NCBI RefSeq assembly: GCF_006345805.1
Contig: NC_043010.1
Span: forward strand, 32,240,001 to 32,304,000
Length of the DNA stretch: 64,000 nt
Reading direction: 5' to 3'
From: Octopus sinensis
Taxonomy: Eukaryota
In this document: positions 22,617 through 35,258 of the stretch, in pieces
How positions within the stretch are numbered: position 1 is the stretch's first letter
How the letters are laid out: each line of letters starts with the position of its first letter
Position numbers and translations under genes: made by a program
The notes under the pieces: model-generated
What the model saw: only the letters and a program-made list of their open reading frames with translations
Database searches by the model: none
Told to the model about the DNA's origin: nothing

Positions 22617-22735
22617 GGACCAATAGAATAAGTACTAGGCTTACAAAGAAAAAGTCCTGGGGGTCGATTTGCTCGACTAAAGGTGGTGCTCCAGCATGGC
22701 CACAGTCAAATGACTGAAACAAGTAAAAGAGTAGT
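22617..22735 (+). mobile_element. SINE family B, 3' end, well preserved
   Basis: gaccaatagaataagtactaggcttacaaag..ggggtcgatttgctcgactaaaggtggtgctccagcatggccacagtcaaatgactgaaacaagtaaaagag. Confidence 0.85.
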
Positions 22736-22753
22736 TAGGATTAATATGCAAAA

Positions 22754-22840
22754 TCTCTCACAGCTGTTTCTAGAATAGCCATGCATGTGGATCGTAATAT
22801 TGAGTAAGGATTCCACATGAGTAGATTGTTATCAGAGAAA
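22754..22840 (-). ncRNA. Degenerate hammerhead-like motif
   Basis: Minus strand: tttct-CTGATAA-[insert with catgtggaatc/gatccacatg hairpin]-GAAA-cagctg-TG-agaga; G8 and H17 are non-canonical and stem II closure is poor. Confidence 0.4.
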
Positions 22841-23329
22841 GAGAATTATCTTTTGCCATGGATTATCATTGAATCTTCACCTATGGAACTGCTATCAGAC
22901 TATTTCTACCTATAACTTCATTAATTCTTTGATTATGGAACTACCAAACACATATACTTTACATTCTGGTCTATCCTTCATTTCTCGATCTGGAAACAAC
23001 TAATATCCTCAACAGAGGATATTCTTCATTTCCATATTTTTTTATTTCTCTCTCCTCTCTCCCCAATGATGGAATATTTAGCTTATATGGAATCCTTCCT
23101 CAATATCATGATCCACAGATTTTACATATTCATCATAACTACTTTGCATGATGTTTATATTCATTTTTTAAAATTAAATTTTTTCAAACGATGCCAAATA
23201 TTTTGCTTTTTCATTTTCTTCTTTAATCTATATATGCACATATATATATTTACACTTGTGTGTGTGTGGGGGGGCATGTTTGTACATATATGTGTGGTGT
23301 ATATATATATATATGTGTAGGTGTGTGGA

Positions 23330-23726
23330 TATATATATATATATATAAAGCTGAAGTTGTCTGTGTGTGGCAGGTTTGGTAGCCTTCAACTAGTGCTATC
23401 TCCTCCAAGACCCTGAGGTGCAAGTTGACCAAAATTAAGAGTATGATAGAAGAAGGCTTACTCTTCATTCCGTAGAAGATAAGATTCAAATCGGACCATG
23501 TTAAAACCAAAAATTACTTACATCAAAAAGGTGCTTTTTTTCCTATGAAAATCCCTACTTTTTACGATTTTTTGACTGCTCTGTCGCCATTTTTCGGTGT
23601 ATTTCAACCAGAAAAATGTTCACTTAAAGAGAATAACAAGCTACATAATGCAAAATTTTTACTTTTCAAAAATTCCAATTCTAAAGGGTTGAAACAAACC
23701 CAAGCAACGCCAGGCGATACTGCTAG
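23330..23726 (+). mobile_element. Non-autonomous Helitron (~390 bp)
   Basis: 5' tatatataaagctgaag like the 5' end of the 58356-60523 element; 3' cccaagcaacgccagg degraded hairpin + CTAG|T at 23723-23727. Confidence 0.7.
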
Positions 23727-23766
<40 letters not shown>

Positions 23767-23804
23767 ATATGCATGTATGTATGTGTATACACAAATATAA
23801 ATGT

Positions 23805-24090
23805 GTGTGTGCATGACCTAGTGGTTTGGATGTTGCACTCATTATTGCTAGATTGTGGGTTCAAATAGCAGACTGGGTGTTATGTCTTTGAGCGAAAAAC
23901 ACTTCAATGCACATTGATCTAGTCCATTTAGCTGTAAATGGGTAACCATGCAGCGAAATGGCCTTCCAATCAGGGGAATTTGGCCTGCTTGTCTAGCCAA
24001 TATGGTGGCATCATTAAAAAGTTAGAACAATACAAAGCACATTGTGATCAGTGATGTATAACAACATCCAATAGTCTGGCTGATTCCATG
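23805..24090 (+). mobile_element. tRNA-derived CORE-type SINE (family C), diverged
   Basis: gacctagtgg A-box-like, gggttcaaat B-box-like, tgtctttgagcga..acactt CORE-like. Confidence 0.55.
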
Positions 24091-24167
24091 ATATTGCATG
24101 CATATATGTGTGTATGTGTGCATATATATATATATATATATATGTATGTATATATATATATATATAT

Positions 24168-25080
24168 TGTTACGGACCACCCTCACTTGGTCGAATGGAG
24201 AATTCGCCACACAGAGAGGACTCGGTGGGGATGGCAGCGAAGTTGGCGACTGGAGATAACAACAACAACAAACAGTAGGAAGAGACACAGAGAGAGACGG
24301 AAGGCAATTGGCTACATTTAAACACAGTTTATGACAATCATTACAACATCAAATACAATGTGATACATCAGGTACATCAAAGTAAATACAAGCAACAGAA
24401 TCAACAGCATGCAGATGCAATATACAGTCCAGAGACAATAGTTCGAATCCAATTAAAACAAATAAGTTCAGATCAAATAATGTTCACGTCACAACAATTT
24501 ATGCTACAGTTCAAAGTCCTTCAAAGTCTTTACAATCTCATTTCTTTAGCACTGTTCTTTATAACACATCAACAAGTTCTTTACTCAATTCACATTGTTC
24601 AATTCTTTTACATAAGTAACACACCTCAGTAATCAACACATACCATACAACAGCCAATGCCTCACACCGTAGTCCTATCTGCCTCAGGCCGTCTGCCTGT
24701 CTTTCTCGACGCTGTCACTGTCACTCTCTCCCTAGTCCTGTAATACTATCTGTCTGTCCTTCTCTACGCTGTCACTGTCACTATCTCGCCTGTCATCTCT
24801 CATGATTGTGTGTCTGTCTTTCTCTGCGCTTCCTTCATAATCGCATCTGCCTTGTTACTACCTCAATTTCTCCGGCTGGACTCATCTCAGATTCACAGCT
24901 CCTGCTTTTATAAGGTAGTTTCTTTGACCCTTCCTTGACCGGCAAAAGGGGAGGGGTCTTTCCAAAAGCCATCACTCTTTCGTGAATCCGCCAGAACAAA
25001 GGACAATAACTTTACATTGTAGACTTCCAGTCTCCAAGCCAACCAAAGTAGGTCAAGAAGTACTGTCCCTGAACTGAACA
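24168..25080 (-). mobile_element. LTR-like insertion (~913 bp) at a (TA)n tract
   Basis: TGTT...AACA termini, minus-strand TATAAAAG at 24905-24912, internal ~60-bp tandem duplication; no TSD recognisable. Confidence 0.4.
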
Positions 25081-25321
25081 TACGAATGTATGTGTATGTA
25101 TATCTGTGTATGTCTATGCATATGTATGTATTGATATATGTATGCATACACATATATATGTATGCATATAAATATATGTGTATGTACATGTATATGTCTG
25201 TGTGTGTGTGTATGTTTGCATTTGTATATTCATATATATATGTATAAGTATATGTGTTTATATGTATGTATATGTGTGAGTATGTATATATATATATATA
25301 TGCACATACACACACACATAT

Positions 25322-25591
25322 ATCATCATCATCATCATCATCATTTAACGTCTATTTTCCATGCTAGCATGGGTTGGACGGTTCGACTGAGGTCTGGTAA
25401 GTCATGGAAGCTGCACCAGGCTCTAGTCTGATTTGGCAGTGTTTCTACAGCTGGATGCCCTTCCTAACGCCAACCACTCCATGAGTGTAGTGGCTGTTTT
25501 TTACGTGCCACTGGCACAGGGGCCAGAGCAGGCTGGCAAATGGCCACGATCAGTTGGTGCTTTTTATGTGCCACCGACAAGGACGCCAGTG

Positions 25592-25592
<1 letters not shown>
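25322..25592 (-). mobile_element. RTE 3'UTR (5'-truncated LINE) with (GAT)n tail
   Basis: Reverse complement of ..ggaagggcatccagc..cccatgctagcatggaaa..gatgatgat. Confidence 0.85.
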
Positions 25593-25865
<273 letters not shown>

Positions 25866-26334
25866 GTATGCACATGTATAATGTATGTCTGTGAATATAT
25901 ATGTATATATCTGTGTTTATACATGTATGTTTAAATGTGTGCGTACACTCAGATATGCACATATGTCTGCATAATATCTCCAGATGCAACTGTAGCTGGT
26001 TATTATGTCTAATATTGTTTACACATGAAACTGAAATATCCAATTAACTTGACATAATTGGATATTAAGTATGTTGCGATGAGTATAATAGAGTGTTTGT
26101 CTGTTGTATGGACACACTAAGGAGATGTCACAACTTCATTTAACACTCAATTTATAATGGTGAATCAATGCAAACTTCCCATAATTCATTATTTCTGAAT
26201 GTTGCTTCATAGTAGCGGTTGTATCTCTTTATCTGCAGATGTTAGGGTAATATGCTGGTTATGCCAATCAGAGAAATCTAAAAGATATATCTAGATATGC
26301 ATGTTATATGCATATATGTGTACGTATATACATA

Positions 26335-26449
26335 GGTTCAAGCATGGCTCTGAGGTAAGAAGCTTGTTTCCCAATCACATGGTTGAAGGTTCAGTTCCAC
26401 TGCATAGCATCTTGGGCAAGTGTGTTCTCCCTTGAGTTGACTAAAACCT

Positions 26450-26491
<42 letters not shown>

Positions 26492-26700
26492 TGTTTGTGT
26501 GTGTGTCTTTGTGTCTGTGTTTGTCCTCACCACTGGTTGACACCTGGTGCAGGTTTGTTTTCGTCCTGATCACTTAGTGGTTTGGCACAAGAGACTGATA
26601 GATATAAGTACTGGGGTCAATACATTCAACTAAAAACTCTTGAATGCAGTGCCCCAGCTTGGCTGCAATCTAATGATTGAAATACATAAAAGCAAGATAT
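26335..26700 (+). mobile_element. SINE family B, diverged full-length
   Basis: Head gcatggctctgaggtaagaagcttg, internal (GT)n, tail ..aatgattgaaatacataaaag. Confidence 0.75.
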
Positions 26701-26732
<32 letters not shown>

Positions 26733-27426
26733 TTAATGTTCATGTTCCATTCTGGCATGGATTAGTTAGTTTGACAGGATTCGAAGGTGTCCAAAGAATG
26801 CATCACACTTCTGTGTCTGCTTTGGTATAATATCTATGGTTGGATTGCAACTACTTTATAATATGTACTGGGTGTTTTCTTGTGCCATGCAACTTGCAAT
26901 ACTATGAAGCCTGGTGGGGCAGCTTTGTGCTTGGAGAAATGTGGTTAGAATTTTTGAAACTTTTTGACAACCTTCCCTCCCACTTCCAAAGTGATTTTGT
27001 TCAATTTTTTTTTTTTAGCATTACTCACTTAAAAACAATGTGGGGATGCCTTTCCAGTAAGAAAAAAAAACTGAAAATTTATTAATTTTTTCAACCTCCT
27101 GCCCCTCCCCCACTCAGTAATGATTTTAGCATATTTTTATAGGAAAAGACGTGAAGGTTAAAAAAAAAGCAAAAATCTTTGGCTCATGTCAAACTGTCCC
27201 ACCCAAGCCAGCATGGAAGGCGGACATTAAACTATGATGATGATGTTAACTTCCTTATCTCCATTTTCTTTTCTTTTTTTAACTGGATATAAACTATATG
27301 CTTAATATATACTTATTGTTTTAAGGGAATTTCATTCCCCCAAAATACTAGGTATTGAGCCAGTATTTCCTTGGATGCAACCATCCCTTCACAAAGTTAA
27401 TATATCCTCTCTCTCTCTCTCTCTCT

Positions 27427-27787
27427 CTTTTACTTGTTTCAGTCATTTGACTGAAGCCATGCCGGAGCACCACCTTTAGTCAAGCAAATCGACCCCAGGA
27501 CTTATTCTTTGTAAGCCCAGTACTTATTCTATCGGTCTCTTTTGCCGAACCGCTAAGTGACGGGGACATAAACACACCAGCATCGGTTGTCAAGCAATGC
27601 TAGGGGGACAAACACAGACACACACACATATATACGACAGGCTTCTTTCAGCTTCCGTCTACCAAATCCACTCACAAGGCATTGGTCGGCCCGGGGCTAT
27701 AGCAGAAGACACTTGCCCAAGATGCCACACAGTGGGACTGAACCCGGAACCATGTGGCTGGTTAGCAAGCTACTTACCACACAGCCA
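27427..27787 (-). mobile_element. SINE family B, full-length, young
   Basis: Complete head-CORE-microsatellite-tail organisation with many CpGs retained. Confidence 0.9.
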
Positions 27788-27940
27788 TTTAATCCTCCGA
27801 TTAAATTTTATATATATATTGGAAAATGTGTGAAATGCTTGGTTCAGTTAGGTATATTTGAAAAAGGAAAAGAATGACTTCACTGGTAGTTCTCATCAAT
27901 TTAATATTTTAATAATATAATCTACAATATATATATATAT

Positions 27941-28112
27941 ACCCAGTCATATCAAAGGGAAATGGAAATTAATAGAAATTTTCACTTCCAGTGGCCTAGC
28001 GTGTAAAAATTTAGTCCAAAGACTATGTATTACTCATAAAATACTCATAAAAATACTCACTGGAAGTGAAAATTTCTATTAATTTCCATTTCCCTTCGAA
28101 ATGATTAAGTAT
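27941..28112. mobile_element. MITE-like inverted repeat
   Basis: 39-bp perfect arms at about 27955-27993 and 28058-28096, imperfect extension to TA-flanked ends; ~64-bp spacer with repeated tactcataaaa. Confidence 0.75.
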
Positions 28113-28497
28113 TATAAGTTTTTGGATAATTTTCGAATTTTGAAAGTTGGCATTTTTTATTGTTGATGAGGAGCTGCGCCTGCGCAGTAGATTTGAAAAA
28201 TTTAGGCTGTATAAACAAGGGATATAATTGATTGCCTCATGTTTATATATTTAATCTGAGGTGTACCCATTGATAATGATTTCACCTAGCAAATTATCTT
28301 ATTTGCTAAGCTAAAATCAGAAACCAATTGGTCCAGGAAACTAGATGGTAAAAGTTTTTATTTTTCATTTCATTCCTTTCGGAATTTTATTCCGAATTTT
28401 GTGGTTTTAGAACCTAGCTGTTCTTTCTAGCATGATGAATCCTATGAGTGGATTCCTCTTATTTATATAAATGTACACTGTATTTGATATATATATA

Positions 28498-28822
28498 TCA
28501 TCATCATCATCATCATCATCGTTTAACGTCTGTTTTCCATGCTAGCATGGGTTGGACGGTTCGACCAGGGTCTGGGAAGCTGGGAGGCTCACCGGACTCC
28601 AGTCTTATCTGGCAGTGTTTCTACAGATGGATGCCCTTCCTAACACCAACCACTCCATGAGTGTAGTGGGTGCTTTTTATGTGCCACCGGCACAGGTGTC
28701 AGGCAAGGCTGGCAATGACCACGATCGGTTGGTGCTTTTTACGTGCCACTGGCACGGAGGCCAGTCAAGGCGGCGCTGGCAATGGCCACGTTCGGATGGA
28801 TCTTTTTATGTGCTACTGGCAC
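28498..28822 (-). mobile_element. RTE 3'UTR with internal minisatellite
   Basis: Same family as 25322, 38251, 44175. Confidence 0.85.
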
Positions 28823-28834
28823 TGAGAGAGAGAG

Positions 28835-29045
28835 AGCAATGTATATTGCAAAAATTTTCAACATGTGAAATATTAGTCCCTTCTTTTCATTGCCTGTTAC
28901 AGATGCTATTTCTGTGTTCCCTTCTGTTGAAGAGTGTAGGCTCAAAACGTAAAAGACTATCTCATTTCTCAAGTGTTAAACTAATACATCTGTTTGTTGC
29001 TTTGTCTTTGTCGTTGGTTTTTTGATTTTTTGTAAATTCCATCTA
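28835..29045 (+). mobile_element. Penelope/Poseidon-type pLTR fragment with degenerate HHR-like motif
   Basis: ctgttgaagagtgtaggctcaaaacgtaaaagact..ttaaactaatacatctgtttgttg matches 5120-5250. Confidence 0.7.
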
Positions 29046-30159
29046 TCTATATATATATACATACACACACTCACATATATCATTTAATGTATAGAGTATA
29101 AAAATAAGAGCTACTAATAGTTTCTTACTTTAGAGACATGGGTCTAGGCAAGTTTTATAACACGCCTTGTGTCTCAAAGCAATCTTCAGGCTTTGACCAC
29201 ATGGTCTATTCCATTTGCAAATAAGGATGCTGGTATAAGAGAAATCACAAGAAAGTATAAGAAGGTAGATACAAAAAGTGGAAAGATGAATAAAAACAGA
29301 AAAAGTAAAAAAAATTACGATTATGTCTCCTTTTACTATAATGACAGTTGTTGTAGAATCATTCAACGGAGAGGGATCCAAAGTCTGTGAGACACCTACT
29401 CAATCCTAAGAGGGTGGTGTCCGCCAGTTTGCCAGAAGAAATTTGGGATCTTCGTGGTTTTTATCGATGTTTACAATTTTATTCCAATTGTCCTCAAATT
29501 TGGTATATGGATTAAGTTTTGTACACTAGTTATGAAAATGAAATTCATTTTCCCTATAAATCCATAATTACAAAATTATTAGCCTTAAAAATTTGCCAAT
29601 TTTGGGTATTTTAGCCAATGTATTTTAGCCAGTGAGTATTTTAGACATCACCATGGCAAAGAAGTATGTTTCTATAGTAACCATAGCAAAAAAGCACCAC
29701 GTGTTCCATAGCTGATTGTGAAGAACTCTGTTTCCATAGTGACCAAAGATGCTGCACATGTGCACAGGTGTGTAACCACCACTTGTTCTATAATTGTTTG
29801 TTCTCATAACAGATGGAACTCACACTCAACAATTTTAATTTAATGTTTTGACATGCCAATGCCCCCACCCCAACCCCCTGATGAGAGAAGAGGCAGCAAA
29901 TGCACTGTTTTCTGATTGGCTGAAAATTCTGAATATTATCAAACTTTGAACACCTGTAACATTTTTGCCAAAAATTTTCTGGTATAAATGAATAACAAAT
30001 TCAGATTCAGTGCTAAAAATTATATCTATATGATACATTAAAACAATTTTTTAAAGATAATTGTAAACAGTGACGAAAACCACAAAGATCTGAAATTTGT
30101 CCATATCCTTGCATTTGCTGAATTTTATATCTAAAAAGAATGTGTGACCTTTCAGCTAC

Positions 30160-30410
30160 ACTTAAATTGCATTTTTTGATCCATTAACATATGGCATGGA
30201 TTTCTCTAAGATTCTCCACCTGATTGTATGTGGTAAGCAGTTGGTCTTCAAAACCCATATATGGTTAGCCAACTTAATGGTTTTACTGCTGTTGATGTGC
30301 TGGAAAGAAGATAGGTGGTTTGCATAACATCTTTTGAAATCCCCTTCACATAACTTGATGTTTCTCTTTTTGGTTAAGTTATCTTGAAGCATTACTGTGA
30401 CTTCTGCCTC
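30160..30410 (-). mobile_element. Hydra-type PLE GIY-YIG fragment
   Basis: LCEGDFKRCYANHLSSFQH..KLANHIWVLK..IRWRILEKSMPYVNGSK. Confidence 0.8.
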
Positions 30411-31429
30411 ATATCCCATATACATGCATACATACATACATGCATGCATGTATGTTCTCTTTCTCCTTTTAATCTAGAGTAAATTTTAACTGGTCATTTA
30501 GTCGGTAGCAAGGTTGTGACTGAAAGTATCTTGTTTTAACCACCATCCTTTAATCTGAAGAAGATCTTGCAGATTTTTGTAGTCTCAGGTACTGTGATCA
30601 GTTGTAGCATGTACGTATGCATACATGATGCATGTATGCATGATTAGTATTTAGATGTACTTCACTATTATATCTTTCTATGCAGTTTGAATTAAAATCC
30701 CCTAATAGTAGTAACTATTGTATCCCTATGTGTGTTGAGTATTTGGTTATAATTTCTACTACTAATATATCCATATCTCCCAATGTGGTCCCTATCTAAA
30801 TCAATCTGTATTTGAGTGTGTTTGAAACTATTGTGATATTCATCAATATCTAAAACAAAACTGTTTCAATAAAACAATGAGAACGAACATTACTTATGTT
30901 AACTGTTATATTGTTGTTTTGAAAGAGTTTTCTTTTGGCCGAATTGATTTTAGATTTAGGAAAACCTGCATTTCTACTGTATTGCACAACACATTTGTAA
31001 AAAATTACTTTGAAAAACTTTTCAAAAATAAACCACTAAAAAATAGAAATGGTGACTTTGGTGGTTTCTAAAATAGTGGAACAGACATACTCAAAGAGAG
31101 CATAAACCAATCAAACAGGATAAAAACAGAGGTAGTGAGGTGTTTTCTGGTGCGTTTGATATTTCTTTCTCATTTGGATAGTAGTAGTGATGATGATGGT
31201 GGTGGTGGTGGTGGTGGTGGTAGCGGTGGTACCAAAACGAAAAAAAAAAACTTGAATCATATATAAAAATGTAATTCTTGGCTGCAGCAGCAGGAATGTT
31301 TATTTTTGTTTTTCGTCTTTTTTTTTACTTCAATGGAAATATAGATTTATACTGATCTCTACTGAAAGATACCAACGTAGAAGAACACGGAAAAGATTAC
31401 TTTCCAAAACTGAAGCACTTACAATTACC

Positions 31430-32035
31430 ACACACATGCATGCATACACACAATTATACACACACACATGTACACACACTCAAGTACACACATACATAAC
31501 GTCACAATCATTTTATAGCCATTTTTTTATATTGGCATGTGTTGGCCAAGTCACAAAGCACTACATCTTACATCCACCCCAGCACACATACACACACTCA
31601 CAGAACACACATATAATGCATACACATGCACATGTATGCACACTCACATATCTTCTTACACACACCTGCTTACACACTCACATACACACATGCATACTCA
31701 CACACATTTATGCATACACTCTCATACACACACTGACATACAGACATGCACATATACAAACAGCTCACATACATACACACTCGCATATACAAATGCATGC
31801 ACACATGCATGCATGAGTGTGTGTATACAAGTTCATACACATACCCACATGCACACATACCCACTTATGTGCACACATACCCACTTATGTGCACACACAC
31901 ACATGCATGCACACATACATACACACACATTTACACATGCTCACATACATATCCACTTATGCACAGACACATGCATGTTCACACACATACATGCTTGCAC
32001 ACACTCACATAGATACATTCACACACATGTTCCTA
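31430..32035. repeat. Degenerate (CA)n-rich tract
   Basis: Directly visible; generates His/Thr-rich spurious ORFs. Confidence 0.9.
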
Positions 32036-32039
32036 TTCT

Positions 32040-32215
32040 TTTATTCTTTTATTTGTTTCAGTCATTGTTTCAGACTGCAGCCATGCTGGAGCACCACCTT
32101 TAGTCAAGCAAATCAACCCCAAGTACTTATTTTATCGGCGTCCCTTGCCGAATCACTAAGTTGTGGGGACATAAACACACCAACATCGGTTGTCAAGCGA
32201 TGCTGGGGACACACA
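32040..32215 (-). mobile_element. SINE family B, 3' half
   Basis: tttgtttcagtcatt..gccatgctggagcaccacctttagtcaagcaaatc..ttgtcaagcgatgctgggg. Confidence 0.8.
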
Positions 32216-32227
32216 CACACAAACACA

Positions 32228-32269
<42 letters not shown>

Positions 32270-32299
32270 ACACACACACACACACACATATATATACTC

Positions 32300-33633
32300 A
32301 CATAGCCCCCAGCAACATTCACATGATTGCTACTTTAGAGGAAGATACTCCATCTTTATCAACAATGCAAAAGTGGGTAGCTGAATTTTGGAGGGGAAGG
32401 GAAAATCTTGAAGATGACCCAAGCATTGGATATTCTGCAACTATCACCATATTGAGAAAAAACATTGTATTCACCACATGGTGATGGATGACAAGTGATT
32501 GATGATAATCAAAAATTCAATGCTATTAGCATAGCCCATGAGAGAGTTGAGACTATTCTGCACAATGAATTGTACACCCAATCTCACTAAGTTTTCTGCT
32601 CAGTGGGTGTCATGTCTTCTGATACCTGATCAAAAATGCACCAGGCTGATCACATCACAAGAAAATCTGACATTGTTTGAGGCAGATTCAACTGGTTTCC
32701 CTGAATGTTTCTTAAGCCAAGATGAGTGTTGGATTCAACACTTTGATCTAGAGACAAAGAGACAATTTGTGAGGTAGAAACCCCCAATCTCACGTGTTCC
32801 AAACGTGGCCACAGTCGTTTTATCAGCAAGGTAGGTGATGGCCTCAGTTTTTTGGGGATGCAAAAGGCATTGTGTTTACTGACTATCTTCAAAAGGGCCA
32901 CACCATCAAAAGAGAGTACTATGCCAACTTGCTGAGGCTGTTATGAAAGGCTATCAAGACTAAATGCCCCAAAAAACTGATGAAAGTGTTCTTTCTTCTT
33001 CAGGACAATGCTCCAGAATACAAGTCTGTTATATCCTTATGAATAAACAAATACACTGCAACAGTGTAATAGTAATATAATCAAAACAAACAGCAGTAAC
33101 CACATGGAATGTCATGGCAATCTTTTAAGAACCAACAGTTCAACATGCTAACTCGTACTGTAAACTTTGAACTATCAACACACGAACTGTGGAACTTGCA
33201 TGAACTACCTCACTTACTCCGATCGCTACTATTTATGTGTAGTGGTTCGGTCCATTCTTGCTAGGGGGCATCATACTCTCACACAACAAAATCTTTGGTT
33301 TCAGTGGCTGTTGTACATGACTGTGGTTTTGATCTAGTTAATCAACCTCCCTATTCTCTTGATTTGACCCCATCTGACTATGATCTGTTCCCCACCATGA
33401 AAAGACACTTGGCTGGGAACCAGTATCATAGTGATGATGACATCATAACTGCTCTTGATGGCTCTTTTGACCAGCTGGACAAAAGCTTCTTCACCAGTGG
33501 GATCCAAGCACTGCAACACAGATGGAAGAAGTGTGTGGGCCACAAGGAGGTCTATGTTGAAAAATAAACCTCATTTGGTCACATCCTATGAGAATATCTT
33601 GGTCAGCTGATGAACTTTTCAGCTAACCCTTGT
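32300..33633 (+). mobile_element. Mariner DD34D relic (irritans/Himar-like), interrupted by a solo LTR
   Basis: KWVAEFWRGRENLEDDP; DECWIQHFD; QDNAPEYKS|LVSVAVVHDCGFDLVNQPPYSLDLTPSD (34 residues between aspartates); 3' TIR aacttttcagctaacccttgTA. Confidence 0.88.
33027..33288. mobile_element. Solo LTR (262 bp) with 5-bp TSD
   Basis: aagtc|TGTTAT...ACAACA|aaatc; removing it plus one TSD copy restores the mariner frame YKSLVS. Confidence 0.8.
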
Positions 33634-34804
33634 ATTATGTTGATTTTTTCAGCTAAAATTCTTCAAGGTGGTGCCTCAGCATGGCTACAGTCCAATTACT
33701 GAAACAAATAAAAAATAAAAGATACCTCCATTCTATCCATCATAAACCTCTTCTTTCTTCTGCAACACTCAAACCTGTTATTATTCATAAATCTGATACT
33801 TGCTACATATGACATCATGGACCTAGCTACAAAGCTACATCCTATCTCTGCTGGAACTACTGCACATTCCTATCCATGTCTTTCTCATACCACTATGTTC
33901 TTCATATTTTAAACACTTCTTTTCATCTGCCTACTTTATATTCTCAAGGAACCATTAACCTTACTAAGACTTTCTTTGTCAGATCAAACTGTACAATTAT
34001 ATCGTATTACTCCATCATTGCAATCTGTCTTGGAAATATGATTGCTTCCTTCAGATCTGCTCATCTTCTGAGTTATTAACATCATCCAGAAATCAAAGTC
34101 TTGTCTTTCCTTTCTCTACACTCTTCTATTGCTTTTTTTTTTAACCTCCCTTGTGCAAGACAACTAGTTGTATCTTGGTGTTGATTCTCACTACATTGAT
34201 AATGTTGCGTTAATGTTTTAGTGCTGTAGTAAGACTGTTAAATACCTGGTTATGGTACTAGGTGTATTCTACCATAGATAACTGATTTGCTGTCGGTATA
34301 TGTTCCTGTGTCAATTAATTGTGTTGATCCACTATTCATTCTATGCCAGAGAAATACATCAATCTCAACAGAAATTGCAAGTTGCTGGCTCCATTCCCCA
34401 CATAATGCTCTCTACTAACTTTCTTCACTCTGCTGTCACTTATTCTGTACATTATTTTCCTGACACTGTTGTTTTTGTCACTCATTCTTCCTTCTCAATT
34501 TCACAAATTTCTCTGATCCTGACAATATTAATCAACCATTCTTAATCGGAAGAAATATCCATTTGTTATTATATGTCCTCATCCATCCAAGGTGAGTCCT
34601 TCACAGCTCAAGTAATTTCTTTTCATTTCTAGCTAGAAATTGGGCACCTGAACAGATTTCCTTGCATGCAATTTATTTCTTGTCAACATTATAGGCTGTG
34701 TTCAACCAAGTAACAGGATGCAGGAAGAGAAAGATGAGAGGGATAGAAGAGGAAACACTGGAAGTGAGAGAAAGTGAAAAGGAAGAGAGCAATGGGTGAT
34801 TGAG

Positions 34805-34980
34805 ATAGATAGATAGATAGATAGGTAGGTAGGTAGGTAGGTAGGTAGGTAGGTAGGTAGGTAGGTAGGTGGGTGGGTTTTAGGTAGGTAGGTGGTTGGG
34901 TTTTAGGTAGGTAGGTGGTTGGGTAGGCAGATAGGTATGTAGGTAGGTTGATTGATTGATTGATTGAGTGATTGAGTGAT
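34805..34980. repeat. Compound (GATA)n/(GGTA)n/(GATT)n microsatellite
   Basis: Directly visible. Confidence 0.9.
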
Positions 34981-35258
34981 GGATACAAAGAATGAGTGGT
35001 AAAGCTAAAAGTAACATTAGAGATTGATATTAATGAAGATGTATAGATACATATATATTGATGGCAAGATATATATTCATTGTCTCTCTCCCTCTCTCTC
35101 TCTCTCTCACACACACACGCACTCATTTAAATGATCAAACTGGTGATCACTCTGTGAAATAAACAGCAGAACAAATAATTATGATCTATTCCATTTCAAA
35201 GTGGATAATGTTTCAGTAGATAATTAGAATTAATCAATAAGGGAGGCCTCCATAAATA

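Noticed and set aside
29150-29200. Hammerhead-like CTGAAGA on minus strand
   Set aside because: No stem II, no GAAA and no stem I pairing.
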